Shown here: piece by piece, positions 1 to 8,806 of the stretch
How the letters are laid out: each line of letters opens with the position of its first letter
Position numbering within the stretch: position 1 is the stretch's first letter
Source of the DNA: Adineta steineri
Taxonomy: Eukaryota
NCBI GenBank assembly: GCA_905250115.1
Contig: CAJNOI010000487.1
Span: 14,488 to 31,306, forward strand
Length of the DNA stretch: 16,819 bases
Reading direction: 5' to 3'
Made by a program: the position numbers and the translations under genes
Notes under the pieces: generated by a model
Told to the model about the DNA's origin: nothing
Seen by the model: only the letters and a program-made list of their open reading frames with translations
The model's database searches: none

Positions 1-742
1 ATACATCAGTTTTTAAATGAACGTTCTATTTTACCTGATTTATTTTCACACGTAATATTTTGATACTGAGGTTTCCTTATATTTATTATTCCGACTTCGA
101 ATTCTTGATTTGAAATGATCTCGTTATTTATTATAACACACTTTTTGTTAAAGTTTATTTATTAATCATAATCATATAGCAGAATGACATCTTAAAGTAA
201 CACTTTAGAACATTTCTATACTTAAACTCGAGGAACAATAAATGTGCCTTGTTTTAATTGCGAAAAAATACAATTAAACATACTGTTAGAATCATACTAT
301 GCAGTTAGTTAAAAAAAAGAATATAACTAAATGCGATAGTGCTTTTAAACACATACAAAAACACGTTGGAAAAAGGGTTTTCATACTTACTAAGCCTTTG
401 TTTCTTTCAAAAAATTCTTGATGATTCAGTCACTCAGCTACAAAATCTTTCTGAATTCAGCACCAATGTAATGTAATATTTTATTTATCTAACTAATTGA
501 AACTACACATTTTACGGTTCAGCATTATTCAAAAAAAAAAACATTTCCATCTAAGTATTATCGGACAGAATATTTTGCTTCAGCATCACAGGTAAGAATT
601 GCTTGGGATTTTATTATGATCACTTTGGTACCTTGTCTCATTTTACGGCACCCACAAGGCTCTTTCAAAGTTTTGTCACCATCCTAGGAAATCTTGTCTA
701 GAACAGTCTCACTGAACATAGCCTTTTTCAGTTTTACTACTG

Positions 743-883
743 TTATACAGAACCAGAGCTTGGTCTTGCACGTTCTGCAGAGTCACGCACTACTTCTGTC
801 AAGGCTCCTTTTTTTGGGGCATCATACCTACATTTTTTGAGATATGCTAAGCAAAACCTTTCATCAGAATACACATTCGGTCA
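743..883 (-). mobile_element. Possible decayed Tc1/mariner-type transposase fragment (5'-truncated, frame-broken)
   Basis: The minus-strand frame between TGA (881-883) and TAA (743-745) reads PNVYSDERFCLAYLKKCRYDAPKKGALTEVVRDSAERARPSSGSV. From memory, its motif spacing matches the region around the first catalytic Asp of Tc1-like transposases (Sleeping Beauty: [49 protein letters not shown]). The correspondences are NV.SDE, KKG about 19 aa later and GS(V/I) about 20 aa after that. Weaker similarity continues in shifted frames down to about 500. This patch is visibly GC-richer than its flanks. No search was run. Confidence 0.3.
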
Positions 884-995
884 TAAAACTAGCAGTTTTA
901 TTTACTGTTTTTGCGTAAACTACAACACAAGAAAAAAATTCGTGTCATGATCACCAGATGTGTGTTTGTTATCGACAAACATTTACTATTAGCAT

Positions 996-2645
996 TCACC
1001 GTTTTCTTCCACTTTTATTCCATGCAACAAGCTGATCAATTTCGTGTATAACATCGTCTCCAATTTCATTCTCCCAAAGATCTAGTGTAGTGAGTGTCTA
1101 GATAAAAATATTGAAACAAAGACATAGTAAATATAAAGAGAGAATGACAATTACTGTGTTCTGTCGTAATCCCGTAGCCAAATGTTGTGCTCCAACCTCT
1201 CGGATTCTACTTCCAGCAAGATTTAGTGTGATGAGCGTCTAGACAAAACAATGAAGGTAAAAGCGTGATATAGATAAAGACAGAATGGTAATTACTGTGT
1301 TTTGTTGTAATGCATCAGCTAAATATTGCGCTCCAACATCTCCAATTCCATTATTTTGGAAATATAGCGTAGTTAGTGTCTAGATAAAAAAAATGCAGGT
1401 TGATAGATGGTATAGATAAAGAGACATTGACAATTACCGTGTTGTGTCGTAAACCTGCAGCCAAATGTTGTGCTCCTACCTCTCTGATTCCATTTCCACT
1501 GAGGTTTAGTGTGGTAAGTGTCTAGATAAAAACGTGAAAATAAAAATATGATACAGATGAAGAGAGAATGAGAATAACTGTATTGTGTTGTAATGCATCA
1601 CCCAAATATTGTGCTCCGACTCCGTCGATTCCATTTCTAGCAAGATTAAGTGTGGTGAGTGTCTAAATGAAAACATGAAAATAAAGACATGATACAGGTG
1701 AAGAAAAAGTGAGAATTACTGCGTTGTGTCGTAATCCCGCAGCAAAATATTGTAATCCAACGTCTCCGATTCTATTTCGAATGAGACTTAGTACGGTGAG
1801 TGTCTAGATAAAAAGTGGAAGTAAACACACGTTATAGATGAAGAAAGAATGAGAACTACTGTGTTGTGTTGTAATGCATCACCCAAATGTTGTGCTCCAA
1901 TCTTTGCAATTTCGTTATGTCCGACATCTAATGTGGTAAGTGTCTACATGAAAAATGCAGGGAAAATACGAGACAGATGGGAAGAACATGATAACTACTG
2001 AGTTGTGTCGTAATGCATCAGCTAAATGTTGCGCTCCAAGCGCTCCGATTCCATTTGAACTGAGATTCAGTGTGGTGAGTGTCTAAGTGAATAAGTGAAA
2101 AAGTAGACATGATACAGATGAAGAGAGAATAAAGGTTACTGTGTTTTGCTGCAATGCATCACTCAAAAGTTCTGTTCCAGTCTCTCCGATTTCATTATGT
2201 CCGACATCTAATGTGGTGAGAGTCTAGATAAAAAATGTAGCGAAAAATACGATATAGATGAAGTGAGAATAACAATTACTGTGTTGTGTCGTAATGCATC
2301 GGCCAAATATTGTGCTCCAGTCTCTCCAATTGCATTTCCACTAAGATTCAGTGTGGTGAGTGTCTAGGTGAAAACGTGGAAATAAAGACACGATACAGAT
2401 GGGAACAGTATGACGATTACTGTGTTGTATTGTAAAGCATCAGCCAAATGTTCTACTCCATCATCGCCGATTGAATTATATGCGAGACATAGTGTGATGA
2501 GTGTCTAGATGAAAAAGTGAAAATAAAGACAAGATACAGACGAAAAGATAATAACAATTACTGTATTGTTTCGTAATGAATCAGCTAGATGTTGTGCGCC
2601 AAGGTCTCCAATTCCTTTTCCACTGATATTCAGTATGGTGAATGT
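996..2645 (-). repeat. Tandem 139-142 bp genomic repeat; each unit is one 84-nt LRR exon plus one 55-58 nt intron
   Basis: The plus-strand landmark gtgtctagataaaaa recurs at about 1094, 1235, 1376, 1518, 1659, 1800, 1940, 2079, 2220, 2360, 2501 and 2642. Intron sequences are conserved between units as well as exons, for example gatacagatgaagagagaat.a.aattac. Confidence 0.9.
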
Positions 2646-3240
2646 CTAGATAGAAAGCATAGATATTTCTCAAGGAAATATCTCGGACGTTACTTATAAC
2701 TAGATAAACTAGTTTATAGACTGTTACTCTCTTTCGAAATCTGGTTGTTCATATCAAAACGGTAGATAAAAAAGTGTTTAGATACAGGTAAAAAAGCAAA
2801 TAACAATGTGTTGTCCCTTTATTTTTGTTCTTATCTAAACATTGAATGTTTATGAAATTAAACCTGGTTTGACACGTGTAATATTTAGCTAAGATTGAAA
2901 AGAAAATAGGAATTATATTCATATTGTTATAATTGAAAAAATGAATTTTTGGGGGGAGAGATTGATAACTGATGAATTATTTTGAGTGATAAATAGTTTA
3001 TTCACATTTATTTTATTGAAATCATTCTACTTGAATAGAGATTGTAGGAATGAAAAATTATTCAAGAGCCAGTAGAGAAAAGTTTACCTGATATGGATAA
3101 TAACTGTCTATAATGCTGTTGAATCGTTGGCATACGTTTCTCATTGAGCAGAGAATTGTGTAAGGCGTCTGGTGATCTAGAATTCGGTAGACAAGTTCTA
3201 CTGGTAACATGAGGAAGCTGGTGATAGTTTGATTTGCCAT
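996..3240 (-). CDS. F-box / leucine-rich-repeat protein: one F-box exon plus 12 RNI/NLR-type LRRs, 13 exons, about 392 aa
   Basis: Exon 1 is 3088-3240. Its ATG is at 3240 (the track start at 3312 is TTG). It encodes MANQTITSFLMLPVELVYRILDHQTPYTILCSMRNVCQRFNSIIDSYYPYQ, an F-box pattern (LPxE..I..L......VC.RF), and ends at donor CAG|gtaaac. Eleven 84-nt phase-0 exons follow: 2562-2645, 2421-2504, 2280-2363, 2140-2223, 1999-2082, 1860-1943, 1720-1803, 1579-1662, 1438-1521, 1296-1379, 1155-1238. I translated each one; all are open and each gives a 28-aa repeat such as TLTTLNLSGNAIGETGAQYLADALRHNT. All are flanked by AG...GT on the minus strand. The terminal exon 996-1097 encodes TLTTLDLWENEIGDDVIHEIDQLVAWNKSGRKR followed by TGA (996-998). 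Joining the F-box exon to the first LRR exon across a 442-nt intron rests only on phase-0 compatibility. Confidence 0.75.
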
Positions 3241-3911
3241 TATAGACTGCTGATGAAATACGTGTTGTGTCGCTTTATTTTTTGATTGTATAATGTGTTT
3301 TTTCTCTTCCAATTTAATAAATACATATTCGTCATGCGTTATATTACTTTACGTGATGTTGTAATTACTTGTAGGAAGAAAAGAATGAAAAAATAAAGAT
3401 GTCACTTTCAATGGGAGAATTGATTTATAGAAACTATATTTAATGTTTTGTTATGATTATTTTAGTAATATAAAATGATATATAATAGGTATGACTATTG
3501 CATTTCTGGTTATAATTAACAAAGTATGGATGACTCTTCTTTCATTGATGTTTAAAATGTATATTGTCACTCAATCATAAAATCGAATGGAGATATTTTT
3601 CTCAAGAAACAGAATCAAATAATATTCAGAAGACTATATTGATTGTACTATGCATGCAAAGCAAAATTCAATAGATCGATGTTTTTAGACACAGTCTATG
3701 TGATCATTTCTTTGTTTTAGAATATGAATGAAAATAAATACGATGCTCCTCTCAGATATCAAAACATGACTATAGTAGTGATTAATTAATCATATTTATT
3801 TATTATTGATAATAGGTAAGTTTTAGATTTGTTGATGAATCGGAAATACATGATGTTACAACATAAAACAAATAGGTGTATGTCTTGATAACCTACAATC
3901 TCAATCAGTAT

Positions 3912-4865
3912 TTAGGCAATTGTTGTGCCTGGATGAATACGTGGTTGCTCATCTAGACGTCTTTTGATACGTTGAAACCATTGCTGAATTTCTTTCCGCA
4001 TATTAGGTAATGAACCAATAATAACAAATGGTAAAAGTTGATTAATAAAATAATAAAGATAAGCGAAGTAATTGTATTGTATATCAAAAGCAAAAGTTGG
4101 TGACCATAATGCTTCAATAACACCAATGACAATTGATGGAGATTGTAAAATAATAAATGTTGTAGAAATAAAAAGCAACTGAATGATCATTCGTCTTTGG
4201 CGATGCCAATCTATTGGTCTTAGTTGTCGCAGTTTTTGATAGATAACTCGATAAAAAAGCAGCAGATTAGCAAATAATATAATCAAAAGTGATAATGCAT
4301 AATGAAACAGCCAATCAAAAGTAGGTAAGAATGGGTCGGAATAATTATAACATGCTCCTCCGCAGAATACTACTGAATAATCCCATATATTCGTACATTG
4401 TCTTGGAAAAAAGATTACAACTGCATAAAATATTGGAAGATAGATACAGTAGACAAACAAAGGTATGTAATGAAATAAGATCGAACACCATTTCTTCTTC
4501 ATCAACTGACTATGAAAAATAAATAAATGCCTTTCAATACAAAACCAAGCTGCTAGTTGTATAGCACAGCCAGTTAATGTACAATCTAACCAATTCCAAG
4601 CGGCACAGAATGTATACGTTTGTTGAAAATTTTCACCCCAACGAAGATAGAATAGAAGAAGGGGAGCATCAGTGGTTTTTTGTAAAAAACTAATGATAAG
4701 CATGCAGATAATGACATGATGTTGTGGAGATTTAACAATCTCTTTTTGCCAATGACGAATAAAATAAATAAAAACATAGATATCACAAAGTAATGATGGA
4801 ACAATAGTACTTTGTAGAACGACATATTTTGTCCATCGGAGACTTTCAGTAGCATCATCAGCCAT
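3912..4865 (-). CDS. Intronless seven-transmembrane receptor (class-A-like orphan GPCR), 317 aa
   Basis: Single ORF with ATG at 4865-4863, an in-frame TGA two codons upstream, and TAA at 3912-3914. Seven hydrophobic segments are readable. An E/DRY-like IERH follows TM3 (AAWFCIERHLF). There is a basic TM5-TM6 loop (KLRQLRPIDWHRQRR). TM7 carries an NPxxY-position variant, NQLLPF, followed by a basic tail. Confidence 0.8.
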   Translation of the reverse strand: MADDATESLRWTKYVVLQSTIVPSLLCDIYVFIYFIRHWQKEIVKSPQHHVIICMLIISFLQKTTDAPLLLFYLRWGENFQQTYTFCAAWNWLDCTLTGCAIQLAAWFCIERHLFIFHSQLMKKKWCSILFHYIPLFVYCIYLPIFYAVVIFFPRQCTNIWDYSVVFCGGACYNYSDPFLPTFDWLFHYALSLLIILFANLLLFYRVIYQKLRQLRPIDWHRQRRMIIQLLFISTTFIILQSPSIVIGVIEALWSPTFAFDIQYNYFAYLYYFINQLLPFVIIGSLPNMRKEIQQWFQRIKRRLDEQPRIHPGTTIA

Positions 4866-6256
4866 TGATCAAACTCTTTGTTCAGGTAAATGAATGAGCA
4901 CAGAGTATTTTTTTATCAAAATACTAATTATCCTGATGTGATGCTAAATTAAACTTTCTTTCTTCAGCAAGAATTTGACATAAAAAGCGTTAAATACCTG
5001 TCAAATTTGATTAAACATTTCAAAGCAAAGAATGAAAACAGCAATCTCTTTGCATTTGCGTATAAGATATATTTATTTATCACAGTCAAACTTATTTTCT
5101 AATTTTAAAAAGTTACTTCAATCGAATAGATGCACACGATTATAAATGATGAGAGATTATCTAAATGCGCTTTCTGCTGTAATTATTTTGACAACTAATA
5201 TATTAATAGCAAAGGAATTTCAATTCTCAAAATACATCTTCAAATATTTATATTTCATCATACTAGATTCGAAATTAGGACAAAAGTTTGGTTGATTCCA
5301 GCCAATGTAATTTGTTTATACTATACAAAAGGAAAAAATTAGGAAAGAAATGACTCTGGCTAGTCTATCGAATAAATTCCTTTTAAAATCCTTTTTTGCC
5401 GTGATTATTTTTAAGTGAAAAAGGGAAAATGTGCTTTAGAATGTCTTTCATTCTAGATTTCTTAACTAATTTGATTACACAAAATAAGATCATTATGAAT
5501 TGAAATGTTCACTATCTCCACTACAATTTACTGGTTGGATCTAAGTTGATTAACAAGCAAACAGAAGTTTGGTCCGAGTCGCATCTAGATTCAATACTAA
5601 ATTAGCTACTTATGAATTAGTAAGAAATTATATGACTCGCTAGGTCACAATGGCTTAGAAAACGATAAATGGATGTAAACTCGTTCGAAACCAATAGTAT
5701 TCGTTTACTTACAGAAAACTACACAAGTAGACTTACTTCATGTTCATTCTCAGATATGACCATCAGTTTTTCGGAGTTACCTATACTGGAAATTATATAC
5801 TCGTACTTAAACTTAGAATTTCTAGTGTTCCGTTTCCGAGATCATCGTGACACAAAATAAAACATTTTGTTATTGCATACATCTAAGAACTAGAGCAAAA
5901 TTAATAACACGCGAAGATATATCCATATATGTAATAATTCTATTGATGGTAGACAAAATAGATGATTATCCTCTATCGTATATATGTGCACGTATTAATA
6001 CTGTGTAAAAGTAATGCACTAATAGAATATATTTAATGACTATGCATGCGATGATGATGATAAACGTGCATATTACAAAAAGGAAAAAGAAAAAAAAACA
6101 ATTTTAATTTTAAGAAAGAACATTGAACAAAAGATAATGTGTAACAAACGGAAATAAATGTACACAATAAGCTTTATTTTCACAAGTAGCTGAAACACTA
6201 AAACAAGAAAAAAAGAAGACGAAGAGAACAAGACAAAAAAAGAAGCGAAGAGTAAG

Positions 6257-8569
6257 TTAAGTTGAATTTGAATCTGATTCAATCGTCGGAATTGATTCAT
6301 CATTACTTTGCTGTTTATTTCGTTTACCGGATGCTCCATGAATTTCGGAAGCATGTTTCTTTCGCCATTTTGTACGTCTTAATAATAATTTAAAAAAAAA
6401 ATAAATAAGATCATAAAAAAAATATTATTTTATTTTACCTATTTTGAAACCATACCTAAAATAAGAGGAAATTATGCATTTAGAAAAAGACTTTGATAGC
6501 AAAATAAAATTTTCTTACTTTTACTTGTGCTTCACTCATCGATAATTGACAAGCAAGTCGTGATCTTTCTGTTCCAGCTAAATATTTCGTATTTTCAAAC
6601 ATTTTTTCTAATGCAAATATTTGATGTCCGGTAAATGTTGGTCGACTACTTTTACGTTTCATATCTTTTGATAATAATTCATTATCAGTCATCATACTGG
6701 AATAATGTGACACTTGAGAATTCTCCATTGAAACACCTAAATAGATACTTTCTTTTATGAGAACTTATTTGTTTATGAAAGAAAGCAATACGAAGTAACG
6801 GCTTATTAATAACCTTTTGTGTTCATATGTATTGTAAACACACTTGAGAGAGAAAAAAATCAAAACAAATTATTCAAAAGGTTGACGTGCTCCTTGATGA
6901 TGCCATTGTTTATTGTGATCTTCTCTATTCGAATGAATGCGCATTTGAATTGATCTCGACATGTTTGATGACAATTTCACGGACATACCGGCAAAATCAC
7001 TTTTCAATCGATCATCATATATATATAATTATCAATTAGATGATGATGATGATGATAGAAAGAAATCTTGATTTCAATATCATTCTTGATAGATTACTCG
7101 AGTTAAATATCATGTTAGGTTATTTTTCTACCTTAATATTACAATGCTATCATAAAATTTTAATGATGTATGTTAGGAGGACATAAAGATCATCTATTTT
7201 CAATTATTTTTATTTTTTTTTTCTATATGTACAACATATTTTTGTAATCTATAAAAATTAAAGACGATGGTTCATTGACAGTAAATGACATTATCAACGG
7301 AAGCGGCGTTCTCTCTCACTTTCTCTTCATATTATACGTATAGTTTATTGCTATCAACATCCGTTATTTTTTCTCATAAGATGATTCGAGTCATTACACA
7401 TCTTTCTTTCAATTGATTTATCTTTGTAGAAAAACATTTCTTCCTCTTCTTCATTGCTATACATTAAATGTATATTGATCTCATTAAAAAAAAGTCAAAA
7501 ATCTCTGTCATATAAAAGGTAATAACAAATCAGCTGAGCAACGATAAATATACTCGTCACGCCTCTTTGCTATATGAATAGAAATTGAAGACATCGCACG
7601 TGCAATTCTTTCTACTGCTGGTGCCATTGAGTGTGTTGATGCGGTTAAAAAACGATTAAAAAACAACAGACAAATTTTAGTTTGTGTGACAAATTGGCTC
7701 TCAATCATGCAACGTCTGGTGTTGATCGATCGACCGAAATGATGCGATCATATTCATACAAATGTTGCCTGATAGATCGAACTCAAATGTCATTTTATAT
7801 AAAATAATAACGGCCTGATGACTCTCTTTTTTTTTATATTCTAGCAAAACATAAGCAAACAAAACAAAAAAAGAGAGAAACGGAAGCCTATTGTCAAATG
7901 CCGTTCTGTATTACATAAAAAACGAGCTAAAGAAACTGAGGGAATGTGCAGATGTAATGCGCCGGCAACAAATATTATAAATCATCCTTCCAATCATTGA
8001 ATAACCATTAAGATAGAGAATGAATGAATGAATGAATGAATGAATGTATATTTATATATATATATATATGTATATACACCTATGAATGAGGTATTGAGCA
8101 AGCTCTTCTCTATACAATAGGATGGTATAAATGAGCTCGAAAAATTTTTACCTTTTGTTATATGTTGTGGATGCCATGCGGAGGTGTTTGAAGTAGTTGT
8201 TTGTGCCATTGGTATTTGTGACCAATCATCTCGAGGAAGAAAATTATTTGATGGTGGTGTTAGAACTGATGAGTGATGATGATTTTGTTGAATATAATTA
8301 AATTGAGTTAAATTTAATGTTGTCGCCGATGGATTTGAACGTGTAAGAAAATCATTTGATAATGGTGGTGAACTTCCTGAACTTGAACTACATGCACTGG
8401 AATCAAAAAGAGCTTTGTTTGTTGTTGTTGGTTGTTGTTGAATATAAGAAATTTTCTCTTGTCCTCCTGTTGTCGAAGATGATGATGAGGAAAAAAATGA
8501 CGGCAATGGACTACCAGGAAACCAAAAATTCGGTTGATGTTGATTCGATGTACTTGCAGTTGATAACAT
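6257..8569 (-). CDS. Nkx6: NK6-class (NKX6/HGTX-like) homeobox transcription factor, 4 coding exons
   Basis: Exons are 8152-8569, 6519-6736, 6439-6455 and 6257-6377 (TAA at 6257-6259). The first in-frame ATG is at 8569 and the frame stays open up to 8623; the track start at 8614 is TTG. The spliced product has a complete 60-aa homeodomain, [46 protein letters not shown]|VWFQN(R)|RTKWRKK. From memory this is very close to vertebrate NKX6 ([55 protein letters not shown]). Exon 1 contains FWFPG, resembling the NKX6 IFWPG motif. The exon 1 / exon 2 junction (AAA G|gtaaaa ... ttag|GT GTT) is phase-1 compatible and regenerates a Gly codon. The 5' end is uncertain. Confidence 0.8.
6439..6455 (-). 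other. Nkx6: 17-nt microexon (GTATGGTTTCAAAATAG) encoding VWFQN plus two nt of the Arg52 codon in homeodomain helix 3
   Basis: Minus-strand context is ttttag|GTATGGTTTCAAAATAG|gtaaaat. The upstream intron is 6456-6518 (63 nt) and the downstream intron is 6378-6438 (61 nt). Without both splices the frame reads AAT AGG TAA, a stop, and the invariant WFQNRRTKW motif is lost. Confidence 0.75.
8018..8069. repeat. Microsatellites: (GAAT)7 at 8018-8045, then (TA)8 at 8053-8069
   Basis: Read directly from the sequence. They lie in intron 1 of the homeobox gene, just 3' of the exon-1 donor. The FIHSFIHSF tail of track ORF 7994-8614 is read-through of this repeat. Confidence 0.95.
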
Positions 8570-8767
8570 TATATCATCTAATAATAGTGAATTTTCAATA
8601 GAAGATGATGGCAATATAACATACTAGGAAGAAAAAAAAGAATAGATCTATAATTTTATTTTAAATATATAATATTAACTTACCACAAATTAAAAAACTC
8701 AAATATTGTCTCTTTATTTTTAAACGATGTGTTATTAGTTTTTAATATTTGAATGATGAGAGAAAAT

Positions 8768-8806
8768 AGAGGGAGAGAGAGAGAAAGAGGGAGAAGGGAA
8801 GAGAAA
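8768..8806. repeat. 39-nt pure purine (GA-rich) tract on the plus strand
   Basis: agagggagagagagagaaagagggagaagggaagagaaa. It sits about 200 bp upstream (minus-strand sense) of the homeobox first coding exon. Confidence 0.9.

Noticed and set aside
560-600. A strong plus-strand donor-like site (catcacag|gtaagaatt at about 590) and the recurring ttcagca / cattttacgg strings at 450-660
   Set aside because: I found no open reading frame or partner acceptor on the plus strand. The strings fall inside the putative transposon relic and may be chance matches.
996-2645. A regularly spaced array that could superficially resemble a CRISPR or other prokaryotic repeat-spacer array
   Set aside because: The period is about 141 bp. 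Both halves of each unit are conserved, so there are no unique spacers. One half is an open 84-nt LRR-coding exon bounded by AG/GT. The whole window is eukaryotic.
4331-4858. Track ORFs 4331-4522 (+) and 4586-4858 (-) overlapping the GPCR
   Set aside because: They are antisense or alternative-frame ORFs inside a well-supported 7TM CDS. Their sequence is low-complexity and AT-driven, with no motifs.
5669-5860. A 63-aa plus-strand ORF containing an F-box-like string (SELPILEIIYSYLNLEFLV)
   Set aside because: Only the first LPxxEI..YL part resembles an F-box. The ORF ends 15 residues later, and I could find no downstream exons or splice donor in a compatible phase. It could be an F-box relic, but the evidence is too thin to call.
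6073-6354. Track ORF 6073-6354 (-)
   Set aside because: It is the wrong frame over the last homeobox exon and 3'UTR. The correct frame ([14 protein letters not shown]...SNST, then stop at 6257) is fixed by homeodomain homology and splice phase.
7508-7708. A 66-aa ORF inside the long intron of the homeobox gene
   Set aside because: It has no recognisable domain and no phase-compatible splice sites linking it to exons 1 and 2, which already join in frame. It is kept only as a GC-richer island of possible regulatory interest.
7994-8151. The 3' part of track ORF 7994-8614 ([44 protein letters not shown]...)
   Set aside because: This is read-through past the exon-1 donor (AAA G|gtaaaaa at 8152/8151) into the intron and the (TA)n / (GAAT)n microsatellites.
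8356-8601. Track ORF 8356-8601 (+)
   Set aside because: It is antisense to homeobox exon 1 and reflects the low-complexity Ser/Thr/Gln-rich coding sequence on the other strand.
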